A stretch of DNA of 32,000 nucleotides from Kingella sp. (in: b-proteobacteria). GTDB taxonomy: Bacteria > Pseudomonadota > Gammaproteobacteria > Burkholderiales > Neisseriaceae. The notes under the pieces are model-generated. The model saw nothing but the letters and a program-made list of their open reading frames with translations, ran no database searches and was not told the DNA's origin. The stretch lies in assembly GCF_030527935.1 (NCBI RefSeq), contig NZ_JAUMZV010000001.1:32054-64053 (forward strand), read 5' to 3'. Shown here piece after piece: positions 8,311 to 16,690 of the stretch. The stretch's first letter is position 1; every line of letters begins with the position of its first letter. The translations under genes were made by a program, and so were the position numbers.

Positions 8311-9555
8311 ATGTCCCACCCCCAATTTGATGTTGCCGTTATCGGCGCAGGCCCGTCAGGCTCGGTGGCTTCCGCGCTGCTGCACAAGCAAGGCTTTAAA
8401 GTATGCGTGCTGGAAAAACAGCATTTTCCGCGCTTCGTCATCGGCGAGAGCTTGCTGCCGTACTGCATGGAAATGCTGGAAGAAGCGGGCTTTGCCGATG
8501 CCGTACGCGCCGAAAAAGGCTTTCAGTTTAAAAACGGCGCGGCGTTCGCATGGGGCAGCCGCCGCACCGCGTTTGATTTCACCGACAAATTCACCGCCGG
8601 GCCGGGCACGGTGTTCCAAGTGCGCCGCGAAGTGTTTGACAAAATCCTGATAGACGAAGCCGCCAAACAGGGCGTTCAAGTGCGCTTCGGGCACGGCGTA
8701 ACCGCGTTTGACAACAGCGGCGACACCGCGCGTTTGAACGTGGCAACCGACACAGGCGAACAATACGAACTCACCGCCCGCTTTGTTTTAGATGCCAGCG
8801 GCTACGGGCGCGTGCTGCCGCGCCTGCTGGACTTGGAAACCCCGTCCCACCTGCCCCCGCGCATGGCGCATTTCACCCGCATCACCGACAACATCGCCGC
8901 CGATGCGGATTTTGACCGCAACAAAATCCTGATTACCACCCACCCGCAGCACCGCGACGTGTGGTTTTGGACAATCCCATTCGGCGACAACACCTGCTCG
9001 CTCGGCGTGGTCGGCACGCCCGACAAACTCGCGGGCGAACCCGAAGCCGTGTTGAAAAAAATGGTTGCCGACTGCCCCAATCTCGTTGGATTGTTTCAAC
9101 ATTCCGAATGGGAAAACGGCTTCCCCTACCGCAGCATCCAAGGCTATTCCGCCAACGTCAAAGCCCTTTACGGCAAACATTTCGCACTCTTGGGCAACGC
9201 CGCCGAGTTTCTTGACCCCGTGTTCTCATCGGGCGTAACCATCGCGCTGCACTCCGCCAAACTCGCCGCCGACCTGCTCGCCCGACAGCTCAAAGGCGGC
9301 GCGGCAGACTGGCAGACCGAGTTCGCCGAACCGCTGATGGTGGGCGTAAACGCCTTCCGCACCTATGTGGACGGCTGGTACGACAACCGTTTCCAAAACG
9401 TGGTGTACGCCCCCAACCGCGCCCCCGAAATCAGCCGCATGATTTCCGCCATTCTCGCAGGCTATGCGTGGGATACGGAAAACCCGTTTGTCGCAAAATC
9501 GGAACAGCGGCTGAACACGCTGGCGGAGGTGGTGGGGGATTTAGCGTTTGAGTAA
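8311..9555 (+). CDS. flavin-dependent halogenase (NAD(P)/FAD-dependent oxidoreductase, tryptophan-halogenase family)
   Basis: The product has the FAD motif VIGAGPSGS. It also has the WxWxIP signature as WFWTIP (8962-8979) and the FxxPxxSxG signature as FLDPVFSSG (9208-9234). Confidence 0.8.
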   Translation: MSHPQFDVAVIGAGPSGSVASALLHKQGFKVCVLEKQHFPRFVIGESLLPYCMEMLEEAGFADAVRAEKGFQFKNGAAFAWGSRRTAFDFTDKFTAGPGTVFQVRREVFDKILIDEAAKQGVQVRFGHGVTAFDNSGDTARLNVATDTGEQYELTARFVLDASGYGRVLPRLLDLETPSHLPPRMAHFTRITDNIAADADFDRNKILITTHPQHRDVWFWTIPFGDNTCSLGVVGTPDKLAGEPEAVLKKMVADCPNLVGLFQHSEWENGFPYRSIQGYSANVKALYGKHFALLGNAAEFLDPVFSSGVTIALHSAKLAADLLARQLKGGAADWQTEFAEPLMVGVNAFRTYVDGWYDNRFQNVVYAPNRAPEISRMISAILAGYAWDTENPFVAKSEQRLNTLAEVVGDLAFE

Positions 9556-9565
9556 GCAGTAAAGA

Positions 9566-9609
9566 GTTTCAGGCTGCCTTTCATGTCATCTGAAAGGCAG
9601 CCTGAAAAC
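9566..9609. terminator. DUS inverted-pair hairpin after the halogenase gene
   Basis: GTTTCAGGCTGCCTTT pairs with AAAGGCAGCCTGAAAAC, 11 nt after the stop codon. Confidence 0.5.
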
Positions 9610-9740
9610 GCATCAGCCCAATTATTTTGCCAGCGCACGGCTTGCAAGCAAGCCGTAGGAAACGCGAAGCAACCATTTCAGGCTGCCGCCATCCATTCCC
9701 GCGTTCAGGCAGCCTGAAACCCCCAACCCAAAGGAACCCC

Positions 9741-10271
9741 ATGCGCCTTATCCCGATAACCGCAACCCTGCTCGCCCTTGCCGCCTGTACCACATTGCCA
9801 CACCCGCAAACCCTGCCCGCGCTGCCGCAGCAGGCGCAATGGTTCAAATTGGAGCAGACCGATGCCGCAGGGCAAGCCGTGCAGACCAGCCTGTTGGCGG
9901 TGGAGCAGCTTTCAGACGGCATCCGCTTTGTGCAGACCGACGCGCTCGGCGCGCCCGTGTCGCGGCAGACCGTTACCCCGCGCGGCTGGAAAAACGACGG
10001 CTTTATCATGCCCAACGCCCGCTCGCGCCACCTGTTTGCCGCGCTTTTGCCGCTGATTGCCGCCGACCGCGCCGAAACGCTGTATCCCGATGTGCAACAG
10101 ACGCAGCCTGAAACGTCGTCTGAAAGCCGCCAGACCTTCTGCCCCACAGGCAGCAGCGCACTATTCCGTTACCGCAACCGCGATTTGTGGTGCGTGGCGC
10201 ACAGCGGCAGCCGCTTTGACATCTCGTTCCCCGACCAAACCCGCTGGACAGTCCAACCCATTGAAGAATAA
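9741..10271 (+). CDS. DUF3261-type lipoprotein of APE clusters (ApeN-like)
   Basis: ATG 9741 follows AAGGA. The signal peptide carries the lipobox LLALAAC. Its size and position between the MMPL and KS genes are as in APE clusters. Confidence 0.7.
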   Translation: MRLIPITATLLALAACTTLPHPQTLPALPQQAQWFKLEQTDAAGQAVQTSLLAVEQLSDGIRFVQTDALGAPVSRQTVTPRGWKNDGFIMPNARSRHLFAALLPLIAADRAETLYPDVQQTQPETSSESRQTFCPTGSSALFRYRNRDLWCVAHSGSRFDISFPDQTRWTVQPIEE

Positions 10272-10274
10272 ACC

Positions 10275-11483
10275 ATGAGCACCCCCGTTTACCTGACCCG
10301 CCCCGCCGTAACCAGCGCACTCGGCAGCGGACTGCAAACCCATATTGATGCGCTGCTCAATCCGAGTGCCGGCAGCCCGCTGACGTTTTCCGCGCAATGG
10401 GTGCGCGGCAAAAATTATGCGTTCGGTGTAGTCAATGAACCTTTACGCGGTTTTTCAGACGACCTCCCCGCCGAACACCGCAGCCGCAACAACCAATTAC
10501 TCTGGCACGCCCTCGCGCAAATCGAGCCCGACATTCGCGCCGCCGTTGCCCGCTACGGTAGCCACCGCGTCGCCGTGGTCATCGGCACGTCCACCAGCGG
10601 CGCAGACGAAAATATCCCGCTGTTTGAACACGTCTCCCACGGCGGCGTCTGGGCGGACAAACCGTTTAACCAATTGCAGCACACCATGGGCGCGCCCGCC
10701 GAATTTGTCGCCGAAGTGTACGGCCTGCAAGGCTTGCGCTACACCGTCTCCACCGCCTGCACCTCGGGCGCGCGCGCCTTAATCAGCGCGGCGCGGCTGT
10801 TACGCGCCAACCTTGCCGATGCCGTGATTTGCGGTGGCGCAGACACCCTGTCGCCCTTAACCATCAACGGCTTCGCTTCGTTGGAAGTGTTGTCGGACGG
10901 CATCGCCAACCCCTTTTCCGCCCGCCGCAACGGCATCAACATCGGCGAAGCCGCCGCCGCATTCGTCATGACCCGCGATGCCGATTTCGGCGGCGCAATG
11001 CAGCTTCTCGGCTACGGCGCAAGCAGCGATGCCTACCATATGTCGTCCCCCCGCCCCGATGGCTTGGGCGCGGCACAAGCGTTTCAGGCTGCCTTCGACC
11101 ACGCCCGACTCAGCCCGCAAGACATCGGCTGGATAAACCTGCACGGCACCGGCACGCGCCACAACGACAGCATGGAAAGCCGCGCCGTCGCCCAAGTGTT
11201 TGGCAGCCGAACGCCCTGCACCTCCACCAAACCGAGCACAGGACACACCCTCGGCGCAGCAGGCGCACTCGAAGCCGCATTCGCATGGGGCGTGGCAAGC
11301 CGCGAAACCAACCCGCAAGGCAAGCTCCCGCCGCAGCTCTGGGACGGCACCCCCGACCCCGAACTGCCCGCCATCGCCCTGACTGATGAAAACAGCGTAT
11401 GGCAAAACGAACGGTGGATTGCGGCGAGTTCGTCGTTTGCATTCGGCGGGAGCAATGCGGTGTTGATTATCGGCGAGCCGTAA
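10275..11483 (+). CDS. beta-ketoacyl-ACP synthase (type II PKS KS, ApeO-like)
   Basis: The 402-aa product has the active-site Cys in VSTACTSGARAL and the two His in NLHGTGT and STGHTLGAAG. It ends FAFGGSNAVLII. Confidence 0.9.
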   Translation: MSTPVYLTRPAVTSALGSGLQTHIDALLNPSAGSPLTFSAQWVRGKNYAFGVVNEPLRGFSDDLPAEHRSRNNQLLWHALAQIEPDIRAAVARYGSHRVAVVIGTSTSGADENIPLFEHVSHGGVWADKPFNQLQHTMGAPAEFVAEVYGLQGLRYTVSTACTSGARALISAARLLRANLADAVICGGADTLSPLTINGFASLEVLSDGIANPFSARRNGINIGEAAAAFVMTRDADFGGAMQLLGYGASSDAYHMSSPRPDGLGAAQAFQAAFDHARLSPQDIGWINLHGTGTRHNDSMESRAVAQVFGSRTPCTSTKPSTGHTLGAAGALEAAFAWGVASRETNPQGKLPPQLWDGTPDPELPAIALTDENSVWQNERWIAASSSFAFGGSNAVLIIGEP

Positions 11484-11495
11484 ACGGCGTGAAAA

Positions 11496-11535
11496 AGGCA
11501 GCCTGAAAACGGGGGAATACGTTTTCAGGCTGCCT
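11496..11535. terminator. bidirectional DUS inverted-pair hairpin between convergent genes
   Basis: AGGCAGCCTGAAAAC and GTTTTCAGGCTGCCT form a 15-bp stem with a 10-nt loop. Confidence 0.55.
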
Positions 11536-11552
11536 GTGTTATGACTGCTTCA

Positions 11553-11795
11553 TCAAGATTGAGTACGCTCAAACCATTCCTGCTCCAACTCCCATTCCGC
11601 TAGCGCAATCAATTTATCCGTAACCCGCCTATCTAAGCCGAAATTTTCTTGAAACATCTGTTGCAGTTGCCGAGCAGCAATATCCCGCTCTTTGGCGTTT
11701 TGCAGCATCACCTTGATAAAACGAACCATTTTTTCAATCTTGTCGTCCGACACATGGTCTAAGGATTTTACTTCCCGCTTGCTACACATGGGCAT
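11553..11795 (-). CDS. hypothetical small acidic helical protein
   Basis: This 80-aa ORF lies in an AT-rich patch with AGGA upstream. It starts 18 nt after the stop of the COG4648 gene on the same strand. No family is recognisable. Confidence 0.5.
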   Translation of the reverse strand: MPMCSKREVKSLDHVSDDKIEKMVRFIKVMLQNAKERDIAARQLQQMFQENFGLDRRVTDKLIALAEWELEQEWFERTQS

Positions 11796-11813
11796 TATTC
11801 CTTTTTAATGGCT

Positions 11814-12350
11814 TCACACTTTCAACACCAGCTTGCGGTAAATCCATTCCCCCGCAAACAGCAGCCCCATCAGGATATACGACACAATACCCGTGTAAAC
11901 CGCCCACCAGTCGTAGTGTTGCCATAATGCCAACACGGCGGCGGTGATGCCGTTAAACACAAAAAAGCCGCACCAAATCTGCGTTACCCGCCGCGTGTGG
12001 CGCACGCCCTCGGGCGGCAGGTCGGGATGTTGCAGGCGGGCGAGGCGTTCAATCACGGTTTGCTTGGCAAACAGGCTGCCGCCGAACACGGCGAGCATCA
12101 GCGCGTTGACGGCAACAGGATACCAATACATCGAATCAGGCAGCCTGAAAACCAAAACGGCGGCGAAAAACGCGGCGAGCAACAGCGCAACCGCCCGCTG
12201 CCCCGCCGTTTGCGGCATGGCGGCGCGTATCAGCCACAGGACGCACATGGCGGCGGCGAGCCAGAAAAACGCGCCGTTTTCGCGCCCGTAGTACCACAAA
12301 AGCGGGTAGGCGAGACTGGCTAGGGTGAGCAGAATTTTGGCGGCGGTCAT
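11814..12350 (-). CDS. COG4648-type integral membrane protein of APE clusters (ApeG-like)
   Basis: The start was set at ATG 12350 (MTAAKILL...), because the longer ORF reads into the MITE. The 178-aa product has multiple TM helices. Confidence 0.7.
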   Translation of the reverse strand: MTAAKILLTLASLAYPLLWYYGRENGAFFWLAAAMCVLWLIRAAMPQTAGQRAVALLLAAFFAAVLVFRLPDSMYWYPVAVNALMLAVFGGSLFAKQTVIERLARLQHPDLPPEGVRHTRRVTQIWCGFFVFNGITAAVLALWQHYDWWAVYTGIVSYILMGLLFAGEWIYRKLVLKV

Positions 12351-12396
12351 GGTGGGAATGGAAATGTTTAGGCAGCCTGAAAACGAGTGAAAGTTA

Positions 12397-12556
12397 GAAC
12401 CTGTATTCACTATTTTCATAGGCAGATTTGATGACATAAAAGCGCGGATACAAGGCAAAAAGCGCAGCAAGGTTGGGCACCTTGCGCGCATTTTTAACGC
12501 GGTAGCCGCGTTTTTAGGGCATTAAAGATACCTATGAAAATCGTGAATACAGGTTC
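12397..12556 (+). mobile_element. 160-bp MITE, copy 2
   Basis: The termini are the same as in copy 1. Direct TTA flanks lie at 12394-12396 and 12557-12559. The copy sits 46 bp upstream of the ApeG-like start. Confidence 0.85.
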
Positions 12557-12588
12557 TTAAACACGTTTTCAGGCTGCCTTTGTGCCAA

Positions 12589-12936
12589 TTAGCAACGACC
12601 TGCTGCTCTCAACAAATCATTGCATTGCCCTGTTCTACGCAATGCGGCTTTGGCTGCGTTGCCCGAACACAGCGCGTCCGAAGTCGTCGCACCTATCATG
12701 GTAACGGAGTTGGTTACATAGCATTGGGTGGCGCGTCCGCCCACGGTCGCAGTAAAGTGAATGGTTATGCCTTCATTTCTACGGTTGCTGATGGTTACTT
12801 TGTCGGGGCTCGTGCCCAAAGTAAACGCAGCGCGTTCGCGTAGCTTCGCATCGGAAACGGTAGCATTATTGACCCCCGAGCAAGCGGTTAAAGTAAGCGC
12901 AGCGGCTAGGGTGATGATGGATAAACGAATATTCAT
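12589..12936 (-). CDS. small Cys-rich lipoprotein, function unknown
   Basis: The signal peptide carries the lipobox LTLTAC. The 115-aa product has four further Cys in the mature part. It is not a canonical APE gene. Confidence 0.65.
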   Translation of the reverse strand: MNIRLSIITLAAALTLTACSGVNNATVSDAKLRERAAFTLGTSPDKVTISNRRNEGITIHFTATVGGRATQCYVTNSVTMIGATTSDALCSGNAAKAALRRTGQCNDLLRAAGRC

Positions 12937-13097
12937 AAAATGCCTTTCTTTTGGCTGGTTAAAAAAACAAAATCAGTCGGTTTGCTGGCACAGCAGGCAG
13001 CCTGAAAACTGTCCGACACAATTTGCGCTTCACCGAAATTGTTTCGCCCATTTGGGTTTCGTTGAAGCCTTGGGTTTTCAGGCTGCCTAAACATTAT

Positions 13098-13379
13098 TCA
13101 GCGTTCTGTGCCGCTGTCGGCAGCCTGAACTTTCAACACTGCCTGCACCACGTCGTTCACGGTGCGCACGTTGCGGAAGTCTTCGGCGTTGAGCTTACGG
13201 CCGGTTTCGCGTTTGATGCGGTCGATCAAATCAATCGCGTCGATGCTGTCGATTTCCAAGTCTTCGTAAAGATTGGTGTCGGGCTGGATGCGCTCGGGTT
13301 CGATTTCAAACAAATGAACCAGCGTGTCGGCAAGCAGGGTGCGGATTTCGGCTTCGCTTAGGATTTTTTGTTCGCTCAT
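13098..13379 (-). CDS. acyl carrier protein (ApeF-like)
   Basis: ATG 13379 lies 5 nt after AAGGAG. The phosphopantetheine attachment site is in DLEIDSIDAIDL. Confidence 0.85.
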   Translation of the reverse strand: MSEQKILSEAEIRTLLADTLVHLFEIEPERIQPDTNLYEDLEIDSIDAIDLIDRIKRETGRKLNAEDFRNVRTVNDVVQAVLKVQAADSGTER

Positions 13380-13388
13380 CACTGCTCC

Positions 13389-13655
13389 TTATGCCTGCGC
13401 CTGACGGCTTCTGACAAATTCCGCCAGCGTTTTGACGTTGGCGAAGTTGTCGCGCAGGTTGTCTTTTTCGCCGTCGAGCTGGAAGCCGAAGATTTTTTGC
13501 ACCGCCAATCCCAGTTCCAGCGCGTCCACGGAATCCAGCCCCAAGCCGTCGTCGCCAAAGAGCGCGTCTTCGCTGCCGATGTCGTCGGGCGTGATGTCTT
13601 CCAGCGCGAGGCTGTCGATGATGAGTTGTTTGATTTGGTGTTCTAAGTCGTTCAT
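13389..13655 (-). CDS. acyl carrier protein (ApeE-like)
   Basis: The 88-aa product has the LGLDSVDALEL motif. Its ATG overlaps the upstream stop as ATGA. Confidence 0.9.
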   Translation of the reverse strand: MNDLEHQIKQLIIDSLALEDITPDDIGSEDALFGDDGLGLDSVDALELGLAVQKIFGFQLDGEKDNLRDNFANVKTLAEFVRSRQAQA

Positions 13656-14410
13656 GTGGTTTTCCTTGTGAAATAGTCTTGCAGGTATTCGTTGAGCCGT
13701 CTGGCGGCGATGGGTAAGGGTTTTTCGGCGAGCCAGTCTTGCGGGTTGATGTCGTCGCCGACGGTGATTTCGTAATGGATTTTGCGCGGCGGGATTTTGT
13801 ACCACGGCTGCCCTTTTTTGAAGTTGGGCGGGTTCATTTTGATGACTACGGGCGTAATCACTTTTGCGCTGCGCAAGCCGATGGAAACCGCGCCACGGTG
13901 CATTTTGACCTGTCCGTCCCAGCCTGTGCGCGTGCCTTCGGGGAAAATCAGCAGGCTTTGTCCGCTTTGGAACACGGCTTCGATTTCTTCCAGCATTTCC
14001 ATGCTTTCGTCGTTGGGAATATAGCCTGCGGCGCGGATTTGGCTGCTCATGCTGGGGTTGTGCACCAAGTCTTTTTTCACCAGCACATTCGGGTCGGGCG
14101 CGTGGCTGACGAGCAGCACCACATCTAATAAAGACGGGTGGTTGGCAAGAATCAACTGCCCGCCGCGCCCGAGTTTTTCTGCGCCGTGGAAGGTTACCGT
14201 CAACACGCCCGACCATTGCAGATAGCCGACAAAAAACCGCCACACGCGCCCTATCATGCGCCGGGCGGCAAGCTGGCGCGGCACATCGCCGTGCGTGGAT
14301 TTGAGCGTGTAGGGCAGCAGGGCGATTTTGAACAGCACACCTGCCACGCCGAACAGGATAAAGCCCAGCAGCGTAGCAAAAAAGCGGCGGCAGTAATCCA
14401 AACGGTTCAT
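13652..14410 (-). CDS. lysophospholipid / 1-acyl-sn-glycerol-3-phosphate acyltransferase family protein (ApeD-like)
   Basis: The product has the HX4D motif NHPSLLD and the FPEGTR motif, plus an N-terminal TM segment. ATG 14410 forms an ATGA overlap with the upstream gene. Confidence 0.85.
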   Translation of the reverse strand: MNRLDYCRRFFATLLGFILFGVAGVLFKIALLPYTLKSTHGDVPRQLAARRMIGRVWRFFVGYLQWSGVLTVTFHGAEKLGRGGQLILANHPSLLDVVLLVSHAPDPNVLVKKDLVHNPSMSSQIRAAGYIPNDESMEMLEEIEAVFQSGQSLLIFPEGTRTGWDGQVKMHRGAVSIGLRSAKVITPVVIKMNPPNFKKGQPWYKIPPRKIHYEITVGDDINPQDWLAEKPLPIAARRLNEYLQDYFTRKTT

Positions 14411-15147
14411 GCGCGTTTTTCCCACAGCCAGCGGCGGTTTGCGTATTGCCGCGTGTGTTTCAGGCTGCCCGAAAGCAGAAAGCGTATCCAGTCCAACGCG
14501 CCGAAATAGTTTTCAGACGGCCTTTCGCTGTCGTCTGTTTGCAAAGTGAGGCGGAAATCGTCGCCGCGCTCGATGACCATCGCCAGCGCGTAGGCAAAGG
14601 GCGCGCGTTCGGCGGCAACGGCGTATTCGGTTTTCAAAGGGTCGTCCGCCACCACCAGCAACACGCGCTCGATGCCGTCTGAAAACAGCGACACGGCTTC
14701 TGCCAAAGCGGTTTCCAAACCGTCCGCGCCCGTTGCCAGCGCGGTGTTTTCCTGCATTTCGCCGCGCTGGATTGCCCACTGCCCCGCCAGCGCGTTGTGC
14801 ACCGATAAGCCGAACGATGTCGGCGACACGGTGTGCGTTTTCAACAGCTCGGGCCACAATTCAAAGCTGCGGTTCGTCTCGCCGTCATGCGAAGCGTAAA
14901 CCAAAGGGCAGCCTGAAAACCGCTCCGCCAAATCCCAAGCCGCTTCGCACACCAGCCGCGCCGCCGCGCCCAACCGCCGCCGCTGCATCGCAGGCAGAAA
15001 TGCCAGCTCGGGTTTGTGTTCGGGCAGGTTTTCCGTTTTCAGGCTGCCTTGCGCCCAACCACGCCACTGTTCCGCCGTAGCAAGGCGGTTGGAAGCGGCG
15101 TGCCATGCGGCGATGTTGAAAGAGAAAGTGCAGATTGTGGAAATCAT
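14407..15147 (-). CDS. beta-ketoacyl synthase chain-length-factor-like protein (ApeC-like)
   Basis: The 246-aa product shows KS N-terminal-like fold similarity but has no active-site Cys motif. It is the first gene of the CLF-acyltransferase-ACP-ACP operon. Confidence 0.75.
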   Translation of the reverse strand: MISTICTFSFNIAAWHAASNRLATAEQWRGWAQGSLKTENLPEHKPELAFLPAMQRRRLGAAARLVCEAAWDLAERFSGCPLVYASHDGETNRSFELWPELLKTHTVSPTSFGLSVHNALAGQWAIQRGEMQENTALATGADGLETALAEAVSLFSDGIERVLLVVADDPLKTEYAVAAERAPFAYALAMVIERGDDFRLTLQTDDSERPSENYFGALDWIRFLLSGSLKHTRQYANRRWLWEKRA

Positions 15148-15218
15148 GGCTTGGCTCTGCGGCGGGAAAAGGCGTGCATTTTAACCGAAATTAACACCTT
15201 ATGAAACTGCGGGCGCAT

Positions 15219-15227
15219 TGGTATAAT
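15219..15227 (+). promoter_or_regulatory. extended -10 promoter element for the dehydratase-KR-KS operon
   Basis: TGgTATAAT lies 30 nt upstream of ATG 15257, in the 109-bp divergent intergenic region. Confidence 0.4.
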
Positions 15228-15256
15228 CCCGTTTTTTCAAACCACATCAAGCCGAT

Positions 15257-15742
15257 ATGCACCGCCTTACCTGCCCCATAGAACACCCTGCCTTTCTGCT
15301 GCCGCACAGCGGACACATGGTTTTAATCGACCGCGTAACCGAACACCGCGCCGATTTCGTGCGTGTAGAAGCCCATATCGGCAGCAAACACATTCTGTTG
15401 CAAAACGGCACGCTGCCCGCCACGATGGGCATGGAAATCATGGCGCAAGCAATCGGCGCGTTTGCCGGCATACAGGCGATTAGCGCAGGCGAAGAAGTGA
15501 AACTCGGTTTTCTGCTGGGCACGCGCAAACTCAATCTGTTTGCCGATTCTATCCCAGTCGGCACAACACTCGCCGCCACCGCCCACCTTTCCACCCAAGA
15601 CCCCAGCGGCATGGGCGTGTTTGACTGCGAACTGCGCTGGACAGACGCGCCCGACGATGTGCGCGATACGCTGCCGCAAGACGGGCTGCTGGCGCAGGCG
15701 GCGTTGAATGTTTATAGTCCGAAAGATGCGCGGGCGGTTTGA
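15257..15742 (+). CDS. hotdog-fold 3-hydroxyacyl-ACP dehydratase (ApeP family)
   Basis: The product has the N-terminal LLPHSGHMVLIDRV motif typical of FabA/FabZ-like APE dehydratases and is 161 aa long. Confidence 0.8.
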   Translation: MHRLTCPIEHPAFLLPHSGHMVLIDRVTEHRADFVRVEAHIGSKHILLQNGTLPATMGMEIMAQAIGAFAGIQAISAGEEVKLGFLLGTRKLNLFADSIPVGTTLAATAHLSTQDPSGMGVFDCELRWTDAPDDVRDTLPQDGLLAQAALNVYSPKDARAV

Positions 15743-15751
15743 ATATTGGGT

Positions 15752-15810
15752 TTCAGGCTGCCTTTTTGATTTTCAGACGGCATCAGAGGCAGCCTGAAAA
15801 GCCGTCTGAA
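15752..15810. repeat. interleaved two-dialect DUS structure
   Basis: The order is reverse kingDUS 15752-15763, reverse ATGCCGTCTGAA 15772-15783, forward kingDUS 15787-15798, forward AAGCCGTCTGAA 15799-15810. Confidence 0.8.
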
Positions 15811-15828
15811 ACCCATGAAACCCAGCGG

Positions 15829-15899
15829 GTAGGTCGGGCATTTATGCCCAACAAATCTCGGCAAATGTGAAAAACGTCGGGCATGAATGCCCGACCTAC
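15829..15899. repeat. REP-like double hairpin (GTAGGTCGGGCAT...ATGCCCGACCTAC)
   Basis: The outer inverted repeat is GTAGGTCGGGCA / GCCCGACCTAC, with inner hairpins. Related copies lie at 26544-26611 and, in part, at 19183-19195. Confidence 0.65.
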
Positions 15900-15961
15900 A
15901 AGTTTTCAGACGGCCTTAAAAGGCAGCCTGAAACCCCAATCCCTTTATCTTTGGAAACACT

Positions 15962-16690
15962 ATGAACAAAACCATCCTAATCACAGGCTCAAACCGTGGC
16001 ATCGGCAAAGCCGTCGCACTTGCCCTTGCCCAAGACGGCTTTGACATTGCCGTGCACTGCCGCAGCCGCCGAGACGAAGCGCAAGCGGTTGCCGCGCAAA
16101 TCCGCGAAATCGGCAGACAAGCGCGTGTGTTGCAGTTTGACGTATCCGACCGCGCCGCCTGCCGCGACGTGTTAACCGCCGATGTGGAAGCGCACGGCGC
16201 GTATTACGGTGTGGTGCTGAACGCGGGTTTGACGCGCGATGCCGCCTTTCCTGCGTTTTCAGACGACGATTGGGACAGCGTTTTGCGTACCAATCTGGAC
16301 GGTTTTTACAACGTGCTGCACCCCGTTATCATGCCGATGATACGCCGCCGCCAAGATGGGCGGATTGTATGCATGGCTTCGGTGTCGGGCATCACGGGCA
16401 ATCGCGGGCAGGTCAATTACAGCGCGTCCAAAGCAGGCATTATCGGCGCGGCAAAGGCGTTGGCGGTGGAGTTGGCAAAACGAAAAATCACGGTGAACTG
16501 CGTTGCGCCGGGTTTGATTGACACGGAAATCGTGGATGAAAACGTGCCTGTGGACGAAATCTTAAAAGCCGTGCCTGCCGCGCGAATGGGTACGCCCGAA
16601 GAAGTCGCCCATGCGGTTCGTTTTCTGATGGACGAAAAAGCGGCGTATATCACGCGCCAAGTGATTGCGGTGAACGGAGGATTGTGCTGA
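15962..16690 (+). CDS. fabG: 3-oxoacyl-ACP reductase, FabG paralogue (ApeQ-like)
   Basis: The 242-aa SDR has TGSNRGIGKA and the catalytic NYSASKAG motif. Confidence 0.9.
   Translation: MNKTILITGSNRGIGKAVALALAQDGFDIAVHCRSRRDEAQAVAAQIREIGRQARVLQFDVSDRAACRDVLTADVEAHGAYYGVVLNAGLTRDAAFPAFSDDDWDSVLRTNLDGFYNVLHPVIMPMIRRRQDGRIVCMASVSGITGNRGQVNYSASKAGIIGAAKALAVELAKRKITVNCVAPGLIDTEIVDENVPVDEILKAVPAARMGTPEEVAHAVRFLMDEKAAYITRQVIAVNGGLC

Noticed and set aside
13389-14243. A 284-aa ORF extending the first ACP upstream
   Set aside because: Only the last 88 codons (from ATG 13655, which has an AAGGAA RBS) look like an ACP. The upstream part overlaps the acyltransferase gene out of frame and is Arg/Pro-rich.
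15178-15183. A minus-strand -10 box (TAAAAT) for the CLF-AT-ACP-ACP operon
   Set aside because: It is plausibly positioned 31 nt upstream of ATG 15147, but there is no acceptable -35 or extended -10. The support is too weak to list as a feature.
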